Of a stretch of 64,000 bases of DNA, positions 28,841 to 38,071 are shown one piece after another. The translations under genes and the position numbers were made by a program. A model generated the notes under the pieces. The model was not told the origin of the DNA, did no database searches, and saw nothing but the letters and a program-made list of their open reading frames with translations. Position 1 is the first letter of the stretch. Each line of letters starts with the position of its first letter. This DNA is from an uncultured delta proteobacterium (GTDB lineage Bacteria; Myxococcota; Myxococcia; Myxococcales; Myxococcaceae): contig CAVZMH010000002.1 in NCBI GenBank assembly GCA_963776345.1, positions 46,604-110,603 on the forward strand. The letters run 5' to 3'.

Positions 28841-29986
28841 GTGTCGCTGCCGACCCTCGCACTGCTGTCGCTGCTGACCGCCTCCCCGCCCGCTCCGGGG
28901 CTGGAGACCGTGGCGGAGCTTCCCGAGCGCCCGGGCGCCATCGCGGTCGTCGGCGCGCGGGTCTTCGTCGCGCTCCATCCGCTCGGGCATCCGGAGACCA
29001 AGCTCGTCGAGCTGGTCCCCGGCGGGCGCCGGGAGCCCTACCCCAGCGGCGTCCTCAGCCGCGCCTTCGCCGCGGTCACCGCGCTGGCCTCGGACGGAGC
29101 GGGCGGGCTGTGGATCCTCGACGGCGGCGGGGAGGGACGGCCGCCGCGGCTCACCGGCTGGAACACCACCGACGAGCGGCGCCTCCGGGCGCTCCGCATC
29201 CCCGCCTCCGCCCTCGGCGCCAACTCCTGGCTGTGCGCGCTGGCGGTGGACCGCGGGCACCGGGTCGCCTACGTCGCCGACCGCTCGCGCGCCGACTGGA
29301 CCGGCGACTCGCACCCCGCGGTGCTCGTCGTCTCGCTGGAGACCGGCGAGACCCGGCGGCTCCTCGAGGACCACCCGGGGCTCGAGCCCGACGCGGTGCC
29401 GGTCACGGTGGACCGCCGCCCGCTGGCGCACCGTGAGCTGGACGGGACGGTGGAACGGCTCCGGCTCGGGGTGAGCCAGCTCTCGCTCGATCCGTCCGGC
29501 ACCTGGCTCTACCTCGCCGCGCTCAACGGGGGCTCGGTGTGGCGGGTGCGCACCGCGGACCTGGTGGACGCCAGGCTCGAGCCTGCCGAGCTCGCCACCC
29601 GCGTCGAGTCCCACGCCGAGCGTCCCCCGGGGAACGGCCTGGTCGCGAGCGACGACGGGCGGGTGGTGGTCACCGACGTCGAGGGGCACGCCCTCCGGAT
29701 CACCGCGCCGTCCGGGCAGGTCGTCCTGGTGGAGGACGCGCGGCTCCAGTGGCCCGACGGGCTCGCCCGCGGCCCGGACGACTGGATCCACCTCACCGTC
29801 AACCAGCTCAACCTCCACCCCGCGCTCGACCGCGGGGAGGAGGAGAGCCGGCCGCCGTACCTGGTCCTCCGGGTGAGGGCGCCCGGCGGGCTCCCTCTCC
29901 GCGGCTCCCGGCCGGCGCCGCCTCCCGTCGAGAGCCGGACGGACCCGGAGGTCGAGTCACGGACTGGCGGGGGTCGCGGACAGTGA
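28841..29986 (+). CDS. Major royal jelly/yellow-like (beta-propeller) secreted protein
   Basis: PG.IAV...RVFV, PYP, LWILD.G, AVD....VAYVAD, RRLLE.HP, D.RLQWPDG, VNQL. Confidence 0.8.
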   Translation: MSLPTLALLSLLTASPPAPGLETVAELPERPGAIAVVGARVFVALHPLGHPETKLVELVPGGRREPYPSGVLSRAFAAVTALASDGAGGLWILDGGGEGRPPRLTGWNTTDERRLRALRIPASALGANSWLCALAVDRGHRVAYVADRSRADWTGDSHPAVLVVSLETGETRRLLEDHPGLEPDAVPVTVDRRPLAHRELDGTVERLRLGVSQLSLDPSGTWLYLAALNGGSVWRVRTADLVDARLEPAELATRVESHAERPPGNGLVASDDGRVVVTDVEGHALRITAPSGQVVLVEDARLQWPDGLARGPDDWIHLTVNQLNLHPALDRGEEESRPPYLVLRVRAPGGLPLRGSRPAPPPVESRTDPEVESRTGGGRGQ

Positions 29987-30174
29987 CGCGGCCGATGCCG
30001 CGCCAGACGCTGCTCGCCTGGTGGTACGACGGCTTGGCCGGTCTCTGACGCACCGGCCCGGGACGGCACTCGTGCTGGACGCGCGGGCGGCGGAGCGGGT
30101 TGATCGCCCGGCGTCCTGGAGACATGGTGGTCGCACCGCTACGCTCCGCCGCTCCGAGGGAGGAGACCCCGATC

Positions 30175-30396
30175 ATGCCCATCATCCAGTGCGACATCCG
30201 CGAAGGACGCACGCCCGAGCAGAAGCGGGCGCTGGCCGAGGCGATCACCCGCGTGGTGCACGAGACCATCGACGCGCCCATCGAGTACATCTACGTGCTG
30301 ATCCGCGAGACACCCGGCTCGCACCACGTGAAGGCCGGCAAGCCGTTGCCGGACTGGTCACCGGGGTCGAAGGGGGACCCCGGCCATGCGCGCTGA
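30175..30396 (+). CDS. 4-oxalocrotonate tautomerase family protein
   Basis: Catalytic Pro1 (MPIIQ), [21 protein letters not shown]. Confidence 0.92.
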   Translation: MPIIQCDIREGRTPEQKRALAEAITRVVHETIDAPIEYIYVLIRETPGSHHVKAGKPLPDWSPGSKGDPGHAR

Positions 30397-31924
30397 GTCC
30401 CCCCGCACCGGCGCCGGCCCCGCGCGGCTCTGGCACTGGATCGGCGGGCGCGCGGTCCCTGGCGAGGGCAACCGCCTGGGCGACGTCTTCGACCCCTCCA
30501 CCGGGGAGCGGACCCGTCAGGTCCCGCTCGGGAGCGCGGCCGAGGTGGACGCCGCGGTCCGCGCAGCCGCGGCGGCGTTCCCCACCTGGTCCCGCACGCC
30601 CCCGGTGGTGCGCGCCCGGGTGCTCTTCCGGTTCCGCGAGCTGGCGGAGGCCCGGGCCGACGAGCTCGCCCGGCTCATCACCTCGGAGCACGGGAAGATC
30701 GTCTCCGACGCCCGGGGCGAGCTGGCCCGCGGCATGGAGGTGGTGGAGTTCGCCTGCGGCATCCCCCAGCTGCTCAAGGGCGAGATGACCGAGCAGATCG
30801 GCCGGAGCATCGACTCGTGGTCGGTACGCCAGCCGCTCGGGGTGGTGGCGGGCATCACCCCCTTCAACTTCCCGATGATGGTCCCGATGTGGATGTGGCC
30901 GGTGGCGCTGGCCTGCGGCAACACCTTCGTCCTCAAGCCGTCCGAGCGCGACCCCTCGCCGAGCCTGGAGGTGGCCCGGCTGCTCGCCGAGGCCGGGTGC
31001 CCCGAGGGCGTGTTCAACGTGGTGAACGGCGATCGCGAGGCGGTGGACGCGCTGCTCCGCCACCCGGAGGTGGCCGGGGTGAGCTTCGTCGGCTCCACCC
31101 CGGTGGCCGAGGCGGTGCACCGGACCGGCACCACGGCCGGGAAGCGGGTCCAGGCGCTGGGCGGGGCGAAGAACCACCTGGTGGTCATGCCCGACGCCGA
31201 CCTCGACCTCACCACCGACGCGCTCATCGGCTCGGCCTACGGCTCGGCCGGCGAGCGGTGCATGGCCATCTCGGTGGCGGTGGCGGTGGGCGACGTGGCG
31301 GGACCGCTGGTGGAGCGGCTCGCCCCGCGGGTGCGCGCGCTGCGGGTGGGCCCCGGGACGGACGCCTCGGTGGAGATGGGCCCGCTCGTCACCCGCGAGC
31401 ACCTGGACCGGGTGCGCTCCTATCTCGACACCGGGCTGGCCGAGGGCGCCACCCTGGTGGTCGATGGACGCGGGACACGGGTCGCCGGACGCGAGCAGGG
31501 CTTCTACCTCGGTGGATGCCTCTTCGACGGGGTCCGGCCCGGGATGCGGATCTACAAGGAGGAGATCTTCGGCCCGGTGCTCGCGGTCGTCCGGGTGCGC
31601 ACCCTCGACGAGGCGCTGGAGCTGGTGGACGCCCACGCCTACGGGAACGGGACGGCCATCTTCACCCGCTCCGGCGCGGCGGGGCGCGAGTTCTCCAGCC
31701 GCGTCCAGTGCGGGATGGTGGGGATCAACGTTCCCATCCCGGTGCCGATGGCCTTCCACAGCTTCGGGGGATGGAAGCGCTCCCTCTTCGGCGACCACGC
31801 CATTCACGGCCCGGAGGGCGTCCGGTTCTACACCCGCCTGAAGACCGTGACAGCCCGGTGGCCGGAGACGGCGGTCGGGGCGGAGTTCGCGATGCCCAGC
31901 AGCCGGAACCCCGGGAATCACTAG
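30386..31924 (+). CDS. mmsA: CoA-acylating methylmalonate-semialdehyde dehydrogenase
   Basis: [57 protein letters not shown]. Confidence 0.96.
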   Translation: MRAESPRTGAGPARLWHWIGGRAVPGEGNRLGDVFDPSTGERTRQVPLGSAAEVDAAVRAAAAAFPTWSRTPPVVRARVLFRFRELAEARADELARLITSEHGKIVSDARGELARGMEVVEFACGIPQLLKGEMTEQIGRSIDSWSVRQPLGVVAGITPFNFPMMVPMWMWPVALACGNTFVLKPSERDPSPSLEVARLLAEAGCPEGVFNVVNGDREAVDALLRHPEVAGVSFVGSTPVAEAVHRTGTTAGKRVQALGGAKNHLVVMPDADLDLTTDALIGSAYGSAGERCMAISVAVAVGDVAGPLVERLAPRVRALRVGPGTDASVEMGPLVTREHLDRVRSYLDTGLAEGATLVVDGRGTRVAGREQGFYLGGCLFDGVRPGMRIYKEEIFGPVLAVVRVRTLDEALELVDAHAYGNGTAIFTRSGAAGREFSSRVQCGMVGINVPIPVPMAFHSFGGWKRSLFGDHAIHGPEGVRFYTRLKTVTARWPETAVGAEFAMPSSRNPGNH

Positions 31925-31931
31925 GCCCCCC

Positions 31932-31956
31932 GCAACGGGGGGGGTTGCCCCGTGTC
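31932..31956 (+). promoter_or_regulatory. Candidate ECF sigma promoter GCAAC-N16-TGTC at the head of the 32003-38970 cluster
   Basis: 46 nt upstream of ATG 32003; overlaps a C-run/G-run inverted repeat after the mmsA stop. Confidence 0.5.
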
Positions 31957-32002
31957 TTCCGGGCATGGTGGCCACTCTCTGGCTGACCCACAGGAGAACG
32001 GA

Positions 32003-32176
32003 ATGAAGATCAAGAAGCTCTTTCAGGTGCTGGTGCTCGGCGGGACGACGCTCGGGCTCGGCGTCGTCGCGTGCGGTGGTGACAACGGGACCGGCAACAA
32101 CGGCGGGCAGCAGCAGACCCTGCCGGACGGTGGCACTCCCAACCCCGGAGGCGGCGGAGGGCCGCCGGGTTGGTAG
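32003..32176 (+). CDS. Small Gly-rich lipoprotein (57 aa) ending in Trp
   Basis: AGGAG RBS; MKIKKLFQVLVLGGTTLGLGVVA-C lipobox; low-complexity mature part ending GGGGGPPGW. Confidence 0.8.
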   Translation: MKIKKLFQVLVLGGTTLGLGVVACGGDNGTGNNGGQQQTLPDGGTPNPGGGGGPPGW

Positions 32177-32898
32177 ACGCCGCTCGCCAGCACGTCGATC
32201 GGGTCTGGGCGGGGCGCCACGGGGTCGAGACCGGCGCCGCGCTGCGGTTCGGCTCGCTCTCCCGCCGGATGTGGGAGGCGGGCGCGCCCGAGGCCCTGAT
32301 CGAGCTGGCGGCGCGGGCCTCGCGGGACGAGACACGGCACGCCTTCCGCTGCGAGGAGATCCTCCGCGCGCGGCATGCGGCCGTGCCTCCCCCCGAGACC
32401 CGGTTGCTGGAGTACGCCCCCCTGGAGCTCACCCCGGCGGAGCGCCTGACGTACGAGGTGGTGGCCCAGTCCTGCGTGTCGGAGACCGAGAGCATGGCCA
32501 CCCTGGTCACCTTGCTGGACGAGGCCCGCGACGAGCAGCTGAAGTCGGTCATCCACGAGCTCGCCCGCGACGAGGTGAACCACGCGCGGATCGGCTGGGG
32601 CTACCTGGCCTGGGCGCGGCAGCGCATGGAGCTCGGCTTCCTCGCCCCGCTCCTGCCGGGCATGGCGGCGGGGAGCGCGGGCCCGGATCTGTTCCGTCCC
32701 GCCCTGCCGGGGACGGATGATCCGGCCTTGCTGGGCTCCGGCGTCGTGCCGCACTCCGAGCGGCAGCGCATCTACCTCGAGACGCTCGAGTCGGTCGTCA
32801 TCCCGGGCATGGCCGAGCACGGGGTGGAGACCGGTCCGCTCCGCGCCTGGGTCGACCGGCAGCGCGCGGCGTGCCGGCCGGCGCCCCTCGGGGCCTGA
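32170..32898 (+). CDS. Ferritin-like di-iron domain protein
   Basis: E (GVETGA), DETRH, E (CVSET), DEVNH: the E...ExxH...E...ExxH four-helix-bundle pattern. TTG start overlaps the lipoprotein stop. Confidence 0.85.
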   Translation: MVDAARQHVDRVWAGRHGVETGAALRFGSLSRRMWEAGAPEALIELAARASRDETRHAFRCEEILRARHAAVPPPETRLLEYAPLELTPAERLTYEVVAQSCVSETESMATLVTLLDEARDEQLKSVIHELARDEVNHARIGWGYLAWARQRMELGFLAPLLPGMAAGSAGPDLFRPALPGTDDPALLGSGVVPHSERQRIYLETLESVVIPGMAEHGVETGPLRAWVDRQRAACRPAPLGA

Positions 32899-32909
32899 AG
32901 GGCCAGCGA

Positions 32910-33446
32910 ATGCCCCGACGCGCTCCCGCCCTCGCGCTGCTGCTCGCGCTGCCCCTGCTCGCGGCCGCCACGCAGGTCACCGGCGAGCCCACCGCGGGGT
33001 TCCACGGGCGCGGCCCCGGTGGATTCAGCCTGGAGGGGAAGACCCACCAGCTGCGCGTCGAGGACGACGGCACCCTCCTCCGGATCGTCGTCCCGCTCGC
33101 CGGCCTGCAGACCGGGATCGCGCTGCGCGACCGGCACATGCGCGAGCGCTACCTCGAGGTGGAGAAGTACCCCGATGCGGTGCTGGAGCTTCCCTGGTCG
33201 GCGGTGAAGCTCCCCGAGGACGGACAGACCGCCGAGGGAACGGCCGCGGGGAAGATGACGCTGCACGGGAAGAGCCACGAGGTGCAGGTGAAGTACCGCC
33301 TCTCGCGCAGCGGGAACCGCTACCAGGTCAGCGGGACCCTGCCCCTGAACATCACCCACTACGGGATCGACGTGCCGAGCTACTTCGGGATCACGGTGCA
33401 GCCGGACGTCGAGGCCAGCGCCACCTTCACCGCGGAGCGGGCTTGA
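32910..33446 (+). CDS. YceI family lipid/polyisoprenoid-binding protein
   Basis: Signal peptide; L.TGI.LRD.HM...YLE..KYP, G.MTLHGK, YGI..PS. Confidence 0.9.
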   Translation: MPRRAPALALLLALPLLAAATQVTGEPTAGFHGRGPGGFSLEGKTHQLRVEDDGTLLRIVVPLAGLQTGIALRDRHMRERYLEVEKYPDAVLELPWSAVKLPEDGQTAEGTAAGKMTLHGKSHEVQVKYRLSRSGNRYQVSGTLPLNITHYGIDVPSYFGITVQPDVEASATFTAERA

Positions 33447-34667
33447 GATCGAGCCTCGGCAGGCGCCTGCAGCTCCTGCGACTCGGACTGCTCGTCGGCC
33501 TGGCGCTCCCGGGCGCGGCGGCCCGGGCCTACCCGTGGATGATCCAGCACGGCTACACCAACTGCAGCGGCTGCCACGTGGAGCCCTCGGGATTCGGCCT
33601 GCTCACCGAGTACGGCCGGGCGCAGGCGCAGATCGTCCTCCCCACGCTCTGGGGAAAGAGCCCCGAGGAGGTCGAGCCGACGACCGGCATCCTCTACGGC
33701 GCCGTCCCGCTCCCGAGCTGGCTGAACGTGGGGCTCTCGACGCGCGGGGCCGTCCTCAGCACCACCACCTCGCAGGGGACGCGCTGGCGCGACATCCTGA
33801 TGATCGCCGACCTGCGCGCGGGCCTCACCGCCGGACCGTTCCTCGCCTCGGTCAGCTTCGGCTACGTGCCCACCGGCGCGACCCTGGCCGCGCTGACCAA
33901 CCAGCCCCGGGACAACATCGTCTCCCGCGAGCACTGGCTCGGCGTCCGGCTCGCGGACCAGAAGCTTTACTTGCTCGGCGGCCGGCTGAACCTCCCCTTC
34001 GGGCTGCGCAACGTCGAGCACAACGCCTTCGTGCGGAGCGCCACCCGGACCGACACCAACTCCGCCCAGCAGTACGGAGGGGAGCTGGTCTGGGACGGCC
34101 CCGGCCTCCGCGCCGCCCTCATGGGGATCGCCGGAAACCTCCTCATCCGCGACCCCGCCTACCGCGAGCAGGGCTACAGCGGGTACGTCGAGGGCGCCTT
34201 CAGCAACGCCTTCACCCTCGGTCTCAGCAGCCTGGTGACGCACGCCGACCTGGGTGTCTCCTCGTTCGCCAACCCCTTCCTGCCCGTCGATCGCTTCTCC
34301 AACGCCTCGGACGTCTGGCGGCAGTCGCACGGGCTGTTCACGCGCTGGCACGTGGGCGGGCCCTGGGTCCTCCTCGCCGAGGCGGATCTGCTGGTGGAGA
34401 CCGCGGAGGGAGTTCCTCGGGACCTGGGGCGGGGCGGGCTTCGTCCAGGCGGACGTCGAGCCCATCCAGGGGCTGCACTTCATCCTGACCGGAGAGGCGC
34501 TCCGGCAGAGCGAGCTCAACAGCGTCGGCGCCTGGTTCAGCGTCTCCTGGTTCCTCTTCACCTACTGCGAGGTCCGGCTGGACACGGTCTTCACCGAGTT
34601 CGGGGTCCCCGGCGGTGGGCACGAGCCCAGCTTCAGCGTGCTCGGGCAGCTGCATTTCTCGATGTGA
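33443..34667 (+). CDS. Outer-membrane beta-barrel protein with N-terminal CxxCH; +1 frameshift near 34408-34411
   Basis: TTGA overlap with yceI; signal peptide then YPWMIQHGYTNCSGCHVEPSG.G.L..YGR. Strand pattern continues in the 34254 frame (GAGFVQADVEPIQGLH...LGQLHFSM*). Confidence 0.8.
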
Positions 34668-34713
34668 GCCGCCGGAGGGGCGACGGGGTGCCGGGTTCCG
34701 GTACACTGTCCTC

Positions 34714-35481
34714 GTGGCCCGCAGAGCGCGGCTGGCACGGTGGTTCGCGGCCCTTCTCCTGCTCCTGGTGGCGCCGGCGCGCGCCGCCCGGACGAGCCAC
34801 CTCTTCCTCGACGAGTCGCAGCTCATCCCCGAGGGCGGCATCGAGCTGGAACAGTGGGTCTGGGCCTACGGGCGCGTCCCCAACCGCATCGGGCGGCCGG
34901 CGTCGATGTGGCTCTGGTGGGGGCCGGCCATCTCCGTCTCCAACCACCTCGAGTTCGAGCTGCCGCTCCAGGTCGTCGCCATCCCGGACGACACCTACCT
35001 GCACTCGATCGGCCTGGTCGTCCGCTACCGCATCTTCCCCCGCGAGGACGACGACGGGTGGCAGCCGCTCATCCGCGTGGCGTACGGGCACCCCCTGGAC
35101 CCCGCCGCGGGGCCCCCCTCGCTCGAGACCACCTTCGTGCTCACCGTGGGCAGCGCCCAGGGCGTGCGGACCACCTTCAACGTCGGGGTGCTGATGGGGC
35201 TCCCCTTCCTCCAGGAGACGACCCCGGGCACGTTCTCGGTGCTGGGCCGCGGGGGCCTGGGGGTCTCGTTCCCGCTGGGCCACGAGTGGCGGGTGGCCGG
35301 CGAGTTCTTCGGACAGCTCCCCATCCACGGGGACACCCGGCCGAGCCAGGCACAGATGTACCTCGGGCCCTCGGTCGCCTGGACGCGCGGTCCGTTCTGG
35401 ATCACCTTCGGGTCGCTGTTCGGCCTGACCGGCGACTCGTCCCGGTATTATCCGCGGGTGCTGTGGGGCATCGCGCTCTGA
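34714..35481 (+). CDS. Hypothetical outer-membrane beta-barrel protein
   Basis: Signal peptide ending ARA; ELEQW, Y.GPSVAW..G.FW, C-terminal RVLWGIAL. Confidence 0.75.
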   Translation: MARRARLARWFAALLLLLVAPARAARTSHLFLDESQLIPEGGIELEQWVWAYGRVPNRIGRPASMWLWWGPAISVSNHLEFELPLQVVAIPDDTYLHSIGLVVRYRIFPREDDDGWQPLIRVAYGHPLDPAAGPPSLETTFVLTVGSAQGVRTTFNVGVLMGLPFLQETTPGTFSVLGRGGLGVSFPLGHEWRVAGEFFGQLPIHGDTRPSQAQMYLGPSVAWTRGPFWITFGSLFGLTGDSSRYYPRVLWGIAL

Positions 35482-36122
35482 CCCTGGTGGTGCTGCTCCT
35501 CGCGGCCGCGGCCGCCGGGGGCGAGATCCGCGGCACGGTGCAGATCCGCGCCGCGGACGGAGGGGTGGAGCCCACCGGCGACCTGCCCGTCGTGGTCTAC
35601 CTCACCGGGTTCCGTCAGCCGCCGCTGCCCGACACGCCGGTCATCAGCCAGAAGGACAAGACCTTCGTCCCCGACGTTCAGGTGGTGGTCGCCGGCCAGT
35701 CGGTGCAGTTCACCAACGACGACCCCTGGGTGCACAACGTCTTCTCCACCTCGACCGCGCGCTCGTTCGACCTCGGGCAGCCCGGGCCACACGAGACGCG
35801 CACGGTGAGCTTCCCCAGCCCCGGCCTGGTGGACGTGTTCTGCAACATCCACGAGCAGATGAACGCCAGCGTGCTGGTGCTGCCGAACCGCGCCTTCGCC
35901 CGGGTGGCGCCCGACGGCAGCTTCGTCATCCGCGACGTCCCGCCGGGACGCCACTCGCTCCACGCCTGGGGGCGACAGACCGAGCCGTTCGAGATGGACG
36001 TGGTGGTGGGCGAGGGCCAGCCTGCCGAGGTGCAGCTCACGCTGCGGCCGCGGCTCTTCAACCCAGCGCACCTCGACAAGTTCGGGCGGGCCTACAAGAA
36101 GCGGCCCGGCTACGCGCCATGA
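35463..36122 (+). CDS. Secreted cupredoxin-like + carboxypeptidase-regulatory-like domain protein
   Basis: QKDKTFVP, F.N.D...HNVFS, FDLG, FCNIHEQM (type-1 Cu ligands H/C/H/M), DGSFVIRDVPPG.H.L.AW. Confidence 0.85.
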   Translation: MGHRALTLVVLLLAAAAAGGEIRGTVQIRAADGGVEPTGDLPVVVYLTGFRQPPLPDTPVISQKDKTFVPDVQVVVAGQSVQFTNDDPWVHNVFSTSTARSFDLGQPGPHETRTVSFPSPGLVDVFCNIHEQMNASVLVLPNRAFARVAPDGSFVIRDVPPGRHSLHAWGRQTEPFEMDVVVGEGQPAEVQLTLRPRLFNPAHLDKFGRAYKKRPGYAP

Positions 36123-38071
36123 CCACCTCCGCCGCCGACCTCGAGGGCGGCCACCTCGACGAGAACGACGTCGCCCGCCACCTGGACGGCGACGGCACCG
36201 ACGCGGACCGGGCACGGGTGGGCGAGCACATCGACCGGTGCGACCGCTGCCGCGAGCTCCTCTCGGCGCTGGTCCGCACGATGTTCACGCCCGAGGAGGA
36301 CATCCCGTCGCGGCGGCTCCTCGCCCGGGGCACCAACCTCGGGCGCTACGTGCTGCTCGACCCGGTGGGCCGGGGCGGGATGGGCGTGGTGTACGGCGCG
36401 TTCGACCCGGAGCTGGACCGGAAGGTGGCGGTCAAGTTCCTCCGTCCGGGACGGGACGGCAACCCCGCGGCGGCCAGGACCCAGCTGCTGGCCGAGGCCC
36501 AGGCGATCGCCCGGCTCTCCCACCCCAACATCGTCACCGTCCACGACGTGGGCACCTTCGAAGGCGAGGTGTTCTTCGCCATGGAGTACGTGAAGGGCGA
36601 GACGCTGCGGCGGGCCCAGCGGCCCGGCCTCGCTGCGCTCCAGGAGACCCTCGGCCTCTACGTCGCCGCCGGCCGGGGTCTCGCCGCCGCGCACCGGGCG
36701 GGCATCGTCCACGGCGACTTCAAGCCGGAGAACGTGCTGGTCGGAGAGGACGGGCGGGTGCGGGTGACCGACTTCGGCCTGGCCCGCGCGGTCAGCGAGC
36801 ACGCGCCGCGCTTCGCGGGGACGCCGGCCTACATGGCGCCGGAGCACTGGCGTGGCCATCCGCCCGACGTGCGGAGCGACCAGTACAGCTTCTGCCTGGC
36901 GTTGCTCGAGGCGGTGGAGGGCCAGCGCCCGGACGAGGTCGAGGAGGCCTCGCCCTCCCGCCCCCCCGAGCCGGTGTCGCTGCGGCGGCGCACGCTGCCG
37001 GCCCGGCTCTCGCGGGTGCTCTCCCGGGGGCTGGCGGCGGATCCGGAGCAGCGCTGGCCGTCGATGGACGCGCTGCTCGACGCGCTCCGGGAGGCGAGGC
37101 TCCCCTTCCGGCGGCGCACCGGCGCTCTCGCCCTGGCGCTGCTGCTGGCCACCGCCCTGGCCTGGGGGCAGCACGTGGTCTGGGAGCGGCGGGTGGACCA
37201 CGAGCTCGCCGCGTCCGCCGCGCGGCTCCCCGAGCTGCTCCGGGCGCACAGCGAGCGCACGGATCTCCTGGTCCAGGCGGGACTGCGCGCCGAGGGCGTG
37301 CTGGGCGCGCTGGGGCAGGCCAGCAACATGGACGCGGCGCTGGGCCTGGTCGAGGACGAGAGCCGCGAGCACCAGCTCGCCGAGGCGCACGAGATCCTCC
37401 GCTCGGCGGACCTCCCCGGCCTGAAGAGCCGTGACGCGCTTCTGGTGGCCAACGCCTGGGGGCGCGTGGTCCTCAACCTCGCGGCGCCGCAATCGTTCGG
37501 CGCTCCCGCGCCCGCCCTCCCGATGCTGATGGAGACCATGGAGGGAACGCCCACCGACGCGCTCTGGTCCTCCGCCACGCTGTTGCAGGTCGGGTTGCCG
37601 CTGGTCAGCGGGGTCAGGGCAGACGACCTGCTCCTCGTCTCCGGGCGGCCCGTCGTCCGCGGCCGCTCCATCGTCGGGCTGGTGCTCACCGGCCGCTGGG
37701 TGGACACCGGGCTGCTCGACGAGCTCGGCCGGGCCGCCGGCGCCGAGGTCGTCCTCCATGCCCCGGACGGTGGATGGGCCGGCGCCCGCTGGCCCGCGAC
37801 GCCCCCACTGGGACGGGTGGTGCAGCTCCAGGTCGGGGGAACGACACTCCGCGTCCTCGGACTCCGGCTGGGCGCCGAGGGGACGCGCACCCCGGCCGGA
37901 GAGGCCTACGTGGTGCGGATGCTCACCCCCGGTGAGAAGGGGGGACTCGGGGCGGCTTGGCTCCGGTGGGGGCTGCTGGCAGCTTCGGTGGCGATGCTGA
38001 CCTGGCTGGGGTTAGTCACCCGGAAATCCGGCTGGTCCCTTCGTTCCAGGGGACGGGCTCCTCACTCGTGA
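36119..38071 (+). CDS. Membrane Ser/Thr protein kinase with N-terminal zinc anti-sigma (HxxxCxxC) motif
   Basis: EHIDRCDRC; GRGGMGVVY, VAVK, HPNIV, HGDFKPEN, DFGLA, GTPAYMAPE; two TM helices flank an extracytoplasmic domain. ATGA overlap. Confidence 0.95.
   Translation: MTTSAADLEGGHLDENDVARHLDGDGTDADRARVGEHIDRCDRCRELLSALVRTMFTPEEDIPSRRLLARGTNLGRYVLLDPVGRGGMGVVYGAFDPELDRKVAVKFLRPGRDGNPAAARTQLLAEAQAIARLSHPNIVTVHDVGTFEGEVFFAMEYVKGETLRRAQRPGLAALQETLGLYVAAGRGLAAAHRAGIVHGDFKPENVLVGEDGRVRVTDFGLARAVSEHAPRFAGTPAYMAPEHWRGHPPDVRSDQYSFCLALLEAVEGQRPDEVEEASPSRPPEPVSLRRRTLPARLSRVLSRGLAADPEQRWPSMDALLDALREARLPFRRRTGALALALLLATALAWGQHVVWERRVDHELAASAARLPELLRAHSERTDLLVQAGLRAEGVLGALGQASNMDAALGLVEDESREHQLAEAHEILRSADLPGLKSRDALLVANAWGRVVLNLAAPQSFGAPAPALPMLMETMEGTPTDALWSSATLLQVGLPLVSGVRADDLLLVSGRPVVRGRSIVGLVLTGRWVDTGLLDELGRAAGAEVVLHAPDGGWAGARWPATPPLGRVVQLQVGGTTLRVLGLRLGAEGTRTPAGEAYVVRMLTPGEKGGLGAAWLRWGLLAASVAMLTWLGLVTRKSGWSLRSRGRAPHS

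Noticed and set aside
14511..30396. Other TGA-terminated genes (dsbD, lysR, cfa, tautomerase, heme lipoprotein) as selenoproteins
   Set aside because: Domains are complete at the stop and no Cys-type motif is interrupted.
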